Assembly: GCA_963754315.1 (NCBI GenBank)
Contig: CAVWFS010000007.1
Span: 1 to 64,000, forward strand
Length of the DNA: 64,000 bases
Source: an uncultured Candidatus Rokubacteria bacterium
Lineage (GTDB): Bacteria > Methylomirabilota > Methylomirabilia > Rokubacteriales > CSP1-6
Direction: 5' to 3'
The translations under genes and the position numbers were made by a program. Positions 28,460 to 38,612 of the stretch are shown piece by piece (position 1 is the first letter of the stretch; each line of letters starts with the position of its first letter). The notes under the pieces were generated by a model. That model was not told where the DNA came from, did not search any database, and saw only the letters and a list, made by a program, of their open reading frames with translations.

Positions 28460-29836
28460 CTACTTTCCCTTCGGGTCCCCAGTGGACTTCGTGCCCTTCA
28501 CGTTCCCGGCTGGCTTCGTCTCCGCTGGACCGCTGCTGGCGACGGTGGCCGTGACCTTACCTCCCGGCCGGGCCTTCTGAAGGCCTTCAACGATCACGCG
28601 CTCGCCCGGCTTGACGCCCGCCGTCACGATGAGATCCTCGCCCACGCTCTCGGCCGGGGTGATGGTCCGCTGGACGACGGTATTGTCCGCTCCCACCACG
28701 AGCACGCTTTGCAGTCCCTGGACTTCCATAACCGCGCGCTGGGGAACGAGGATGGCGTTGGGCCGTTCCTCCGCTGCCACCAGCGCGCGGCCGAACTGGC
28801 CGGGGCGTACCAGCATGTCGGGGTTCGGGAATTCGGCGATGAGGGAGAGAGTGCCGGTCGCCAGATCGATGGCGCGGTCGACGATGATGAACCGACCTTT
28901 GTGCGGGAACATGGTCCCATCGGCCAGGACCAACTCGATCGGGGTGTCGGTTCGCGCCTGGCCCTTCTTGCGTGACGCCTGGAACCGGAGATAGTCCGCC
29001 TCACTGACGCTGAGGTAGACGCGGAGCGGATCGAGGCGCGATACGGTGGCCAGGAGGGTGGCCTGGAGTCGCCCCACCAGGTTGCCCGGGGCGACCTCGC
29101 GCTTGCCGATCAGCCCGGCGATGGGAGAGCGAATGGTGCAGTAGCTGATGTTCAGCTCGGCCTGGGCGATGGTGGCGTTCGCGGCCTCGATGGCAGCCTC
29201 GGCCTGCTCGATGCCGCTCTTCTGGTTTACCCGCGCCGTCTCCAGCGCGGCCTTCTTCGCCTCGACGTCAGCCCGAGCCGCCTGCTGATTGGCCAGGGCA
29301 TTGTCGTAGTCCTGTTGTGGCACCGCTCGCTGCTCGGCCAGCGGCTTCAGGCGCCTGACGTCGGTGTCTGTCTTGTTCAGGACCGCGAGGGCCACGTCCA
29401 GATTGGCCTTGGCCGTGTCGACGGTCGCTTGCTCCTTCGCGAAGGCCAGATCGGCCAGGGCTTTGGCCAGTTGCGCCCGCCCTTGCTTGAGCTGGGCTTC
29501 GTACTCTCGCTTATCCAAGGTGAAGAGCAGCTGGTCTTTCTTGACCATGGTGCCTTCCGTGAAGTGCTGCTGCTCCAGGAAAGCCTGGACGCGGGCGCGG
29601 ATCTCGACCGTGTCCTGGGCGTCGGTCCGGGCCACGAACTCGCTCCGGATCGGCACCGTCCGCTGGACGACCTCGGCGACGACGACGGCTGGTGGCGGCG
29701 GCGCCGGCGCCTTCTTCTCGGCGGCGCTCTTCCCCTCTCCGCAGCCGGCGAGCAAGCCGGCTACGAGAAGGGGCGCCACCAGATACATCCCGTTGACGAA
29801 TGGCCGATGACCGGGCGGCCACTGCCTGATTCCCAT
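28460..29836 (-). CDS. RND efflux periplasmic adaptor (MFP)
   Basis: LAGC lipobox, IRARV, IRSPIAG, PGQF and VPQRAV. Confidence 0.95.
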   Translation of the reverse strand: MGIRQWPPGHRPFVNGMYLVAPLLVAGLLAGCGEGKSAAEKKAPAPPPPAVVVAEVVQRTVPIRSEFVARTDAQDTVEIRARVQAFLEQQHFTEGTMVKKDQLLFTLDKREYEAQLKQGRAQLAKALADLAFAKEQATVDTAKANLDVALAVLNKTDTDVRRLKPLAEQRAVPQQDYDNALANQQAARADVEAKKAALETARVNQKSGIEQAEAAIEAANATIAQAELNISYCTIRSPIAGLIGKREVAPGNLVGRLQATLLATVSRLDPLRVYLSVSEADYLRFQASRKKGQARTDTPIELVLADGTMFPHKGRFIIVDRAIDLATGTLSLIAEFPNPDMLVRPGQFGRALVAAEERPNAILVPQRAVMEVQGLQSVLVVGADNTVVQRTITPAESVGEDLIVTAGVKPGERVIVEGLQKARPGGKVTATVASSGPAETKPAGNVKGTKSTGDPKGK

Positions 29837-29934
29837 GTGGTCTTTCCCCTCAAGGATTCTGCACAGGACGCGACTGCCCGATTATACAGGTCCAGATGGA
29901 GGCCGTCTGTGGGCACCGACCAGCAAAAGGAGCG

Positions 29935-30030
29935 CCTACTATCCGTCACACGCGTCTCAACCATCCCGGCATGCTCTCGAAACCATGCTACCAAGCGGCT
30001 AAGGGCTCCGGAGAGTCTTGGCACCGCGCC
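29935..30030 (-). repeat. dispersed repeat copy B
   Basis: Inverted homolog of 1083-1180. Confidence 0.75.
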
Positions 30031-30093
30031 AAGAGGATACGTAGCGGCCAAAAGAAGCAGCGGCCACCTGTCCGAGTCGCCGTGAGGGCCTCA

Positions 30094-30195
30094 TCAATCC
30101 CCACGTTTCCGGAAGGTATCGCCATAGACCGTGTCACGGTCGCGGAGGAGATAGGCTAGGCGGGTGCTGTCATCCGGGAACGCGTCCACGATGGG
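30094..30195 (-). pseudogene. integrase-core (rve) transposase scrap
   Basis: IVDAFPDDS..YLLRDRDTVYGDTFRKR. Confidence 0.6.
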
Positions 30196-30694
30196 CGGTC
30201 CAGGTCGGACGCGCCGAACCCGCTCGCCGCCGACCACCAGCGTTGCTCGCGAACCTTGTCTTCCAGGATTCCTCGTCGTGACTTCCGCCTCCCCCGCTTG
30301 GCGGCCACGTCCACTTCCACGAGAAGACACTCACATCATAGGTAGCGGCCCCGCTAGGCACGGTCACGTCGAAGTACACGCGATCTCCGGGCTGGATCGC
30401 GTTGGGACCCCACGCGATGACCTGGCCCGTCTGCGCTCCGGAGGAATCGTAACCATTCACGAGTACCTGCACCTCGCGGACGGCGAACCCCCAGGTGTTG
30501 GTAATGTAGCCCTCGATGAGGGAGTCCTGCTTCTGACGAGTCACGCTCCATAGAATCCCGAAATACTGTTGCCACCCGCTGATGAGGGGCTGTGCGTTCC
30601 CAGGCTGCCAGGTGGCCGGCGCCGTGACGGTGGCGCAGCCGGCCAGAGTGACCCCAAGCAGGACACTACACATCCTCTGCCACCATTCGTGCAT
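30170..30694 (-). CDS. putative lipoprotein (FxLYD-like Ig fold)
   Basis: LAGC lipobox. GYITN...V.GYDSSG...I.PG.RVYF. True 3' end uncertain. Confidence 0.6.
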   Translation of the reverse strand: MHEWWQRMCSVLLGVTLAGCATVTAPATWQPGNAQPLISGWQQYFGILWSVTRQKQDSLIEGYITNTWGFAVREVQVLVNGYDSSGAQTGQVIAWGPNAIQPGDRVYFDVTVPSGAATYDVSVFSWKWTWPPSGGGGSHDEESWKTRFASNAGGRRRAGSARPTWTAHRGRVPG

Positions 30695-30942
30695 AGGTAG
30701 AGGTCCTCCTCGATCCACATGACCGTCGGGGCGGGGCCGGTCGGCAGATCCATCAGCGCCGCCCGCCGGGGAGCGCATCCATCCCCACGCCCGCCCACGT
30801 CGAGCGCGAGTGCTGACATGGCTTCGTGGAGAGGACATTGACGTCTCGCCAGGCTCGGCGAGGAATCCTTGGGAGGTGCCGTGTCTCCGTCCGTGCGCCG
30901 ATCCGTACGGGCCCGCACGGTCACGACTGGTCGTCCGGATGA

Positions 30943-32555
30943 TTATTTGTCCAGCCAGACCTTCTTGTAGACGACCTTGAACTCGGCCTGATAGACGTAA
31001 TCCTTCATCCACGCCTGCGCGACCTGGTAGAAGGGTGAGCCGGAGATGGTGTTCCAGTAGAGCTTGTCGGCGGAGAACTCCTGGAGCTCCTTGGCGATGG
31101 CCTTTCGCTTCACGGGATCCATCTCCCGCGCGTAGCGAGCGTAGAAGTCGTCGACCTTGGTGTCCACGTGGCGCGTGCTGTTCCAGCCTGCCGTCGAGAC
31201 CGACAGGTAGGCATTCTGGTCCACACTCAAGAGGGATGCGAGATCTTCGACGTACATGTCGAAGGGGCCATCCTGTGTGGCCGTGTTCATCCAGCTCACC
31301 TTGTCCACGAGCCGGAGGTTCGCGGTCACGCCGATCCGCGCCATCTGTTCCTTGATGACGGTGGCGATCACGTTGAACACGGATTTTTCGGTGTTGGTCA
31401 TCAGCTCGAAGGTCAAGGGCTTCTGGGGGCCATAGCCGGCCTCGGCCAGCAACGCCTTGGCCTTGGCCGGATCATAGGGGCACATGTGATTCACGTCGAC
31501 GGTATCGAGCGTCCCCGGCGGGATGATCCCGACCCACGGCGTGGCCTGTCCCTTGTAGGCGATCTTGACGATCTCTTTGCGATCGATCCCATAGCACCCG
31601 ACGGCCTTACGAACCCGGAGATCATTGAAGATCGAATGCGGCGCGCGATCCTTCGACATCGGTTTCTTGTCGGCCGGCACGGTGACCTTCATCATCGCGA
31701 CCATCGGCGTGGTTTCTTTTCCGGTCATGATCTGGGCGCGCGGGTTCTGAGCCCGGAGGGTGTCAACGTGATCGGCCGAGAAGTCGGCGATGAAATCGAT
31801 CTCGCCGGCCTTGAACGCGGCCAGCTGAGTGATCGGATCCTTGATGGTGCGGATCACAACGCGATCCAGGTAGGGGACCCCCGGCTCAAAGTACTTGTCG
31901 AAGCGGTCCATGACCAGATGGGTCCCCTTCACCCACTCGACGAGCCGGAACGGCCCGCATCCGACCACCGCCTCGGGCTTTCCCGCCCTCCGCTCTTCGG
32001 GCGTGTATTTCTGGGTGGCCGTGGGCGAGGCGAGGACGAGCCCCATGCGGTAGGCGGCCAGCATGTGCATCATGAACGCATACGGGTGCTTGAGGCGGAT
32101 CTGGACAGTGTCGGGATCGATCACCTCGACCGAGTGCACGGACTCCAGGAACGTCCGCATGCTGGATCGGGTCGCCGGGTCGATGAGACGCTCGATGGTG
32201 AACTTGACGGCGGCAGCGTCGACCCTGGTCCCGTCGTGAAAGAGAACGTTCTTCTTGAGCTTGAACGTGTACAGGAGCCCGTCAGGAGCGATGTGCCACG
32301 ATTCGGCGGCGTCGGGCACGAACTTGCCATCGGGGGTGATGCTGATGAGCCCGCAGCCGATGTTCGTGGCGACCCAGACCATTTCATAGCCGGGCACGGT
32401 GTGAAAATCGAGGCCGAGGATTTCGTTGCCGTACGCGACGCGCAGGGTGCCGCCGCGCTTCGGTGTCTGGGCTTCCGCAAGAGGTGGCTCGAGGAGCGAC
32501 CAGGCGAGGTGAGCAATCCAAGCACGAGCGCGGGCATCAGGCGTCGTCGACTCAT
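30943..32555 (-). CDS. ABC transporter substrate-binding protein, family 5 (frameshift in signal region)
   Basis: PKRGGTL, AESW, FHDG, GCGPF and YDPAKAKALLAEAG. Signal MSRRRLMPALVLGLL is in another frame. Confidence 0.9.
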
Positions 32556-32665
32556 GGCGTCGTCCTCCCATTCATCGGACGGGGCAGACCGAGCGCGCGG
32601 TGACTCGCGAAAGATTGGCGGGTACTTTACAGGAGTCCTAGCCTGTCAACAACCGATCCATTCCG

Positions 32666-32974
32666 CTATCGTCCGGGAGCACGGTCAGGATGGCAGGGGT
32701 GATCCCCGGTGTGGTAGCAGACGGCGCGGACCTGCCGGGCCGGATCGGCCACACCGAACACCCGGTACTTCCAGCCCCACGACTTGCCGCTGCGCTTGAC
32801 CTCGTCCTTCAGACGTACGCGGCATTCGCATTCGTCTTCGTATACGCCGAGCGCACGCACGTGATGAATCCAGGTCCGCGGCTTCCCATCGGGAAGTGGC
32901 TCGCTCAGGAGGAACTCTTGGCAGAGCGTCCACGCGAGGAGGGCCACCACCAGGGGGAATCGTCCAGCGATCAT
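32666..32974 (-). CDS. hypothetical exported protein
   Basis: Hydrophobic N-terminus and several Cys. Confidence 0.35.
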   Translation of the reverse strand: MIAGRFPLVVALLAWTLCQEFLLSEPLPDGKPRTWIHHVRALGVYEDECECRVRLKDEVKRSGKSWGWKYRVFGVADPARQVRAVCYHTGDHPCHPDRAPGR

Positions 32975-33101
32975 CGGCCTTGGCCTTCGTCGATGGTATC
33001 ACCGCCCCTGGTCGTGGTATCCATGGGCTTGGCAGACTGGGGCCGGCCACGAGGGCCGCCTCGGGGTAACGACGACAAACAGCCGACAAACTCAGCCAGG
33101 A

Positions 33102-33752
33102 GTGACGATGGACAGCGGGTCAGCCGGGAGGGGCTTCTGGTCGCTGCAGGGGAGCACAAGGGGCGGTGCGGGTGCTGCGCTGCTGCTCGCGGTTGCGGTG
33201 GCGGTAACCGCTGGCTGTGCGCAGGGTTCCACGGGCACGTCGACGACAGCACCGGCGAGCGCGCCCCCCGGACAGAACGTGCGCACGCCCGATGTGATCT
33301 GGGTGCCGAGCGACGTGGCCGTGGTCATGAAGATGCTCGAGATGGCGCAGGTGAAGCCGGGTGATGTCGTCTACGATCTCGGATCGGGTGACGGTCGCAT
33401 CGTGATCCTCGCCGCCCAGAAGTTCGGTGCGCGTGGAGTCGGGGTGGATCTCAATGGGGAGCTGGTCCAGCAGTCACGCGAGAACGCGGTGAAGGCGGGG
33501 GTTGCCGATCGCGTGACCTTTCTGCAGCAGGACCTGTTCATGACCGATTTGAGCGAGGCGACCGTGGTCACGTTATACCTCTTTCCGGACGTCAATCGTC
33601 GCCTGATGCCGAAGCTGCGGCGCGAGCTTCGCTCGGGCAGTCGTGTCGTCTCCCATGACTATGACCTGGGGGATTGGCCCCCTGAGAAAACGGTTGAAGT
33701 CGCGCTGCCCGACCGGACACACTACGTGTACTTCTGGCGCGTCGAACGCTGA
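33102..33752 (+). CDS. class I SAM-dependent methyltransferase, possible lipoprotein
   Basis: VYDLGSGDGRI, ATVVTLYL and RVVSHDY. TAGC lipobox. Confidence 0.9.
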   Translation: MTMDSGSAGRGFWSLQGSTRGGAGAALLLAVAVAVTAGCAQGSTGTSTTAPASAPPGQNVRTPDVIWVPSDVAVVMKMLEMAQVKPGDVVYDLGSGDGRIVILAAQKFGARGVGVDLNGELVQQSRENAVKAGVADRVTFLQQDLFMTDLSEATVVTLYLFPDVNRRLMPKLRRELRSGSRVVSHDYDLGDWPPEKTVEVALPDRTHYVYFWRVER

Positions 33753-33972
33753 GCCGCGCCGGGGCGGGGGGTCATCGTATGGACGACAAGCGGCTGGGAA
33801 TGCTGCTCAATCTGGGATCGGCAGTGCTCATCATCATGCTGGTGGGGGCCTTCGTCCACGTCATCAACACCGCCCTCCACGTCGCGCACTGAGTGATCGG
33901 CGTGACCAGCGTCGGGGCTGGGCCCGGGGTGACGGGTGCGGTCCCCGCGGTGGTCGCGTTGCATCGGTTTGA

Positions 33973-35188
33973 TTAGAACGATCCACGTGTCCGTCTCCCC
34001 GCGAAGGCGATCCGGAACAGCCCGTAGCTGATCAGGGTTGCGACGGGCGCTGTCCCGAACGGCAGCGCGTACGAGCCGGTGAGGTCGTACAGGAAGCCCG
34101 TCAACGACGGGCCCAGGGCTGCCCCGCATCGCCAGCCGAGCGCCAGCACGCCCATGATGGCGCCAAGGGCGCGCAGGCCAAAGACGTCGGGGATGACACG
34201 CACGAACACGGTGTCCGAGCCCGCGAAGCCGAACCCGTAGACGGCCATGACGAGCGGCAGGAGGGCGGCAGAGGGGGTCACGAGCAGGGCCATCAGGGCC
34301 GCGATCTGGAGCGCGAAGCTCACCTGCATGGTGACCGACGTTCCGAGCCGATCCGACCCTGCGCCGAAGATGAGTCGCCCCGCAGCAGCACCGAGACCGT
34401 AGGCCGTCAGGGCGAGCGCCGCCCTTCCGAGATCAATCCCCTGATCCCGCGCAAACGGGACGATGTGCACCGACAACATGGTCAGGATCAAGCCCAAGAG
34501 CAACCACGACACGTTGAGGTACCACATGCGTGGGTCTCGCAGCGCCTGCCGGAGCGTCATGCTGGAGAGCCCGCTCGGCAAGGCGGAACGGGGTCGACGT
34601 GACGGGTTGCGGCTGGGTGTTGCTGGGTGGGTCGCGCACGAGCAGAGCGGCGAGGATGCCCACCACACTGCAGCCAGCGCCGAGGACAACGTAGGCGGCT
34701 CGCCAGCCTACGTGGGCAATCAGCCAGGCGGCGGCCAGACCTCCGGTGACGAAGCCGAGATTGAAACCTGTCAGCACGATGCCGATGGCCAGGCCGCGGC
34801 GACGGTCGAACCAGCGGGCGACGGTGGATGTGCTCAGCACGTAAAAGGCCGACATGCCAATGCCGCCCATCACCCCGATGACGAGGTAAAACTGCCAAAG
34901 GGCGCGCACCGTCGATGCGAGCGCGACGCCAGTGCCGGCCAACACCACGGTGACCAGGAGGATGGCGCGCGGGCCATAGCGGTCCGCCACCGTCCCCACC
35001 AGGAATCCGGCCAACCCGCCCAGCAGAAAGTTGATGGAGAGGGCGACCGAGATGGCGCCTCGACTCCAGCCAAACTCCTCGGCGAGGACCGGCAGGAAAA
35101 CACCGAAAGCAGCGAACGGATTGGCGACGCCGAAGGTAATCGTGAACAGCGCAGCCACCACCAGCCAGCGCTGCTGGTTGAGGCGCAT
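33973..35188 (-). CDS. MFS transporter (frameshift at ~34600-34690)
   Basis: GTVADRYGPR and WFDRRRGLA in one frame. GAGSDRLG half in the next. Confidence 0.85.
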
Positions 35189-35241
35189 CCCTCGTCCTAT
35201 ACTCGGTTCGGGAGTGCCAGGAGTGGGCCGGTCCGCACGCG

Positions 35242-35382
35242 CTAGGCGTCGCGGCAGCAGTCCGAGCGATCGAGATCCGGGGGGGGCGGTGTGGGATCGG
35301 ACGGGAACATCGGTCCCCAGGATGCGCAACCACCGCAGACGAGAGTCAGGGCAAACAGCACCGCCACGAACCGGGTGGTCAT
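35242..35382 (-). CDS. small putative lipoprotein
   Basis: MTTRFVAVLFALTLVCGGC. GAGGAG RBS. Confidence 0.4.
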   Translation of the reverse strand: MTTRFVAVLFALTLVCGGCASWGPMFPSDPTPPPPDLDRSDCCRDA

Positions 35383-35437
35383 CGGCGCTCCTCGCCAGGC
35401 AGCGTACCATGACGTACGGGGGCCACGGAGGCGTTGC

Positions 35438-35809
35438 ATGGAGCGTGTGTTTGCGGGATTGGGGGCGCTATCGGCGCTGATCGCGGTGGCGCTCGGCGCC
35501 TTTGCCGCCCACGGACTGAAGGCGCGGCTGTCACCGGAGCTTCTCACGGTCTTCGAGACCGCCGCGCGCTATCAGATGTACCACGCCCTCGGACTGCTGG
35601 CGGTGGCATGGGCGTGCGGGCGCTGGCCTGGCCCGGCCGTAATCGTGGCCGGGTGGCTCTTCGTGGTGGGAACGCTCATCTTCTCGGGGAGCCTCTATCT
35701 GCTCAGCGTCAGCGCGCAGCGCTGGTTGGGTGCTGTCACCCCGCTCGGGGGGCTCGCCTTCATCGGAGGGTGGCTCGCGCTGGCCTGGGCCGCCTGGACT
35801 ACGCGCTGA
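35438..35809 (+). CDS. DUF423 membrane protein
   Basis: GAFAAHGL, YQMYHAL, FSGSLY and TPLGG. Confidence 0.9.
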   Translation: MERVFAGLGALSALIAVALGAFAAHGLKARLSPELLTVFETAARYQMYHALGLLAVAWACGRWPGPAVIVAGWLFVVGTLIFSGSLYLLSVSAQRWLGAVTPLGGLAFIGGWLALAWAAWTTR

Positions 35810-35936
35810 GGGAAGGGGCGCAGGGCAGGGGGTGTCCCCGGTGTCATCGAGGAAGCGATCGTTCGCCCATTGCACCCAGCGGGATCACGCCAAAAAGGTG
35901 ATAGGGTGGGGAAACGGACAGCGTCTGGAGGCTGCC

Positions 35937-36314
35937 ATGAAGCGGGTCCTGATCGTCGAGGACGAAGCGCCACTCCGCGAGCTGTGGGTGGAAGCCCTGT
36001 GCGAGGGAGGCTATGACGCGGTGGCCGCCGAGAGCGCCGACGATGCCTTTGCTCGGCTCGATGCGTTCAACGCCGATCTTATCGTGCTGGACCTGCTGAT
36101 GCCTCCCATGCAGATGACGGGCCTGGAGCTCTTGGCGCGCCTGCACGAGAACCCCCGCTGGAAAGACATCCCAGTGATCATCACCTCGGCGATCGGGTTG
36201 GCCCTCGATCGTCAGACCGCGTCCCGACTGGGCGCTCGGAAGATCCTGTCCAAACCGCTCAGGTCTGCTGAGCTGCTGCAGGCGATCGGCAGCGTGATCG
36301 ATTCGCCGTCCTGA
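35937..36314 (+). CDS. single-domain response regulator
   Basis: VLIVEDE, DLIVLDLLMP and SKP. Confidence 0.9.
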   Translation: MKRVLIVEDEAPLRELWVEALCEGGYDAVAAESADDAFARLDAFNADLIVLDLLMPPMQMTGLELLARLHENPRWKDIPVIITSAIGLALDRQTASRLGARKILSKPLRSAELLQAIGSVIDSPS

Positions 36315-36316
36315 GC

Positions 36317-36628
36317 GTGGGATCCTTGACTCGTGTGGCGGCGGCAGCTGACCTCGGAGTGGGAGCAGCGCTGACGGTCACCGCCGAGGGAAGGACGTTG
36401 GCGCTCTTCAACGTGGATGGAGCCTACTATGCCATCGACAATGCCTGTCCGCATCGGGGCGGTCCGCTCAGTGAGGGCGATCTTGACGGGCGGGTGGTGA
36501 CCTGTCCATGGCACGGCTGGGTATGGGATGTGACCAGCGGCGCCAACATGAACAATCCCGCCGTGAGGATCGGCTGCTACCCGGTGATCTTCCAGGAGGG
36601 GGACCTGTTCGTGCGGCTCCCGTCTTGA
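36317..36628 (+). CDS. Rieske [2Fe-2S] ferredoxin
   Basis: CPHRGGPL...CPWHG. Confidence 0.92.
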   Translation: MGSLTRVAAAADLGVGAALTVTAEGRTLALFNVDGAYYAIDNACPHRGGPLSEGDLDGRVVTCPWHGWVWDVTSGANMNNPAVRIGCYPVIFQEGDLFVRLPS

Positions 36629-36653
36629 CACCTCTGCCGGCCGTGCCTAGCAT
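36625..36653 (+). promoter_or_regulatory. sigma70 promoter, leaderless bactofilin transcript
   Basis: TTGACA-17 nt-TAGCAT, then 6 nt to GTG 36660. Confidence 0.6.
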
Positions 36654-36659
36654 GACGAC

Positions 36660-37085
36660 GTGAAAGCCCTCTGGCAGTTCTTCGGGCTCTCCGATCAGAA
36701 TGGTGACGAACAGCTCCTGGAAGAGACGCCGCCGCCGCCGCGTGCCAGCATCATTGGACCTGGCATCTCTATCAAGGGCGAGCTCCGCGGAGACGGCGTC
36801 CTGACGATGCTCGGCCAATTCGAGGGCGAGGTCGTACTCAACGGTGCCGTGCACATCGGTCCCGATGCCCGCGTCGACGCCAACATCACCGCCAGCGACA
36901 TCATCATCGCGGGGGCGGTGCGCGGCAACCTCTCGGCCGAGGGGCGCGTCGAGATCCTCGGGAGCGGATCCCTGACGGGAACCCTGAAGAGTGGAAGTCT
37001 CTCCGCGGGGAATGGCGCCACCGTCAAGGGCGAGGTGTGGGTGGAGCCATCTGCCGCGCCGCGGGAGGCAAGCCCGCGCTCATGA
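36660..37085 (+). CDS. bactofilin (polymer-forming cytoskeletal protein)
   Basis: SIIGPGISIKGEL...G.V.GNL.A.GRVEI repeats. Confidence 0.9.
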   Translation: MKALWQFFGLSDQNGDEQLLEETPPPPRASIIGPGISIKGELRGDGVLTMLGQFEGEVVLNGAVHIGPDARVDANITASDIIIAGAVRGNLSAEGRVEILGSGSLTGTLKSGSLSAGNGATVKGEVWVEPSAAPREASPRS

Positions 37086-37717
37086 CGCTGCTGCGCCTCC
37101 CGAGGATCGAGCTGCCGTCCTGGCGCGTCCTGACCGCCATCGGCGTCACCCTGGTCGTGCTGGGGGCCGCCGGACTCGGTGGTTGGTTGTGGTTCTCGGC
37201 GCGCCAGCAGCGAGCGCTGGAATCGTTTGCCGAGGCCATGGTCAAGGTGCAGCGCAGTCAGGCCCAGGGCGCGCCGGCCGAGGCCAAGCTCGGCGCCATC
37301 CGGGAGCTCGAGGCCAGCCTGCAGCAGCAGCCGCCCGCAGCCGCTCTCGCTCAGGCGACCTATGAGCTGGGGAACCTTAAGTACGTGGAAGGGCAGTATC
37401 CGGGATCGCGCACGGCCTACGAGTTGGCTGCGGCGACCAAGTCACCGACTCTCAGCCGGCTCGCCCAGGTCAACGTGGGCTACACGTGGGAAGCTCAGAA
37501 GGACTACGCCAAGGCCATCGAGGCCTTCCAGAAGGCGGTGGCGCCGCTCAAGCCGGGCGATTTCCTGTACGATGAAATTCTCGTCGACTTAGGTCGCGTC
37601 CAAGAGATGGCCGGCCAGAAGGACGCGGCTATCAAGACATATCGTCGGGTCCTCGACAACCCCAAGACCCGACGTTCTGACGACATTCGCGCGCGCCTCG
37701 CCACGCTGGAGAAATAG
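37082..37717 (+). CDS. membrane-anchored TPR protein (YfgM-like)
   Basis: N-terminal TM helix followed by TPR helices. Confidence 0.8.
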   Translation: MTLLRLPRIELPSWRVLTAIGVTLVVLGAAGLGGWLWFSARQQRALESFAEAMVKVQRSQAQGAPAEAKLGAIRELEASLQQQPPAAALAQATYELGNLKYVEGQYPGSRTAYELAAATKSPTLSRLAQVNVGYTWEAQKDYAKAIEAFQKAVAPLKPGDFLYDEILVDLGRVQEMAGQKDAAIKTYRRVLDNPKTRRSDDIRARLATLEK

Positions 37718-37791
37718 ACGGCCCGGATCAGCTTCCCAGGAGCGCCTATGGCTCGGCAGGTTCTGATAAGGGGTATTATGTCAACTTTGAG

Positions 37792-38610
37792 TTAGCCTGG
37801 GATGTGGGCTTCCTCGGGCAAGTGCTCCCAGGTCGGGTGCCACGGGGGAACAGTCAGACCGAACTTCTCGCACAGCGTGGCCACCTCGGCCGCGAAGGCC
37901 TGGCGGACCTCGTCGTTGTCTCGGAGCTTGAGGCGGTAACGACGGTAGATCTCGTTCTTCTTTGACCCCGGGCGGCCGAAGATGTTCATGGTTCGGATGT
38001 ACCACTTCTCGAACGTCGCCTGCGCCTCGTCATGGGTGCGGAGGTCGCCGGCCAGACGCTGGACCCAGTGCTCGCCGTGGCGGATGTGGAACTTCTCCTC
38101 CTTGAAGATCCCCTCGATGGCGCGCGTCCACGGGCCATAGGAGCCGCGACGCACATCCTCGAGTTGGTGGCCGGCTCCGCGATCCATGCAGAAGTTGAAG
38201 AAGACGAAGTCGGCCCACGTTTCGATCGGATAGTAGAAGATGTTCACCCGCTTGTCGGCGGTAATACGGGCGGTGCCGATGTCGGCGGCAGCGTCGATGC
38301 GCATGGTGAACGTCTCGTCGTGCTGCTGAACGTGTGCCTGCACGTCCACGCCGAGATCAGCCAGGAGACCGTACATGACGGCGGCGTGACGCAGCTCGTC
38401 CTTGACGATCTGGGCCACCACGTGCTTCTCGTCGACCCCGGGGGCCCGCGTGATCCACGGAACGTAGCCGTAACCTCCCGCTAGCTCGGAGTCAGCCTGC
38501 ATCGTCATGAGGTGAACGAGGTTGTCGCGGTAGTCCAGGGTCATCTCGGCTGCCGACTCCAGTCGCCCGCCGCCGCCGATGGTTGTCATCATCGCCTGCT
38601 CGGTGCTCAT
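37792..38610 (-). CDS. PaaA/PaaC-family ferritin-like di-iron epoxidase subunit
   Basis: QADSELAG, DELRH and EEKFH motifs. MNIFG. Confidence 0.8.
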   Translation of the reverse strand: MSTEQAMMTTIGGGGRLESAAEMTLDYRDNLVHLMTMQADSELAGGYGYVPWITRAPGVDEKHVVAQIVKDELRHAAVMYGLLADLGVDVQAHVQQHDETFTMRIDAAADIGTARITADKRVNIFYYPIETWADFVFFNFCMDRGAGHQLEDVRRGSYGPWTRAIEGIFKEEKFHIRHGEHWVQRLAGDLRTHDEAQATFEKWYIRTMNIFGRPGSKKNEIYRRYRLKLRDNDEVRQAFAAEVATLCEKFGLTVPPWHPTWEHLPEEAHIPG

Positions 38611-38612
38611 GC

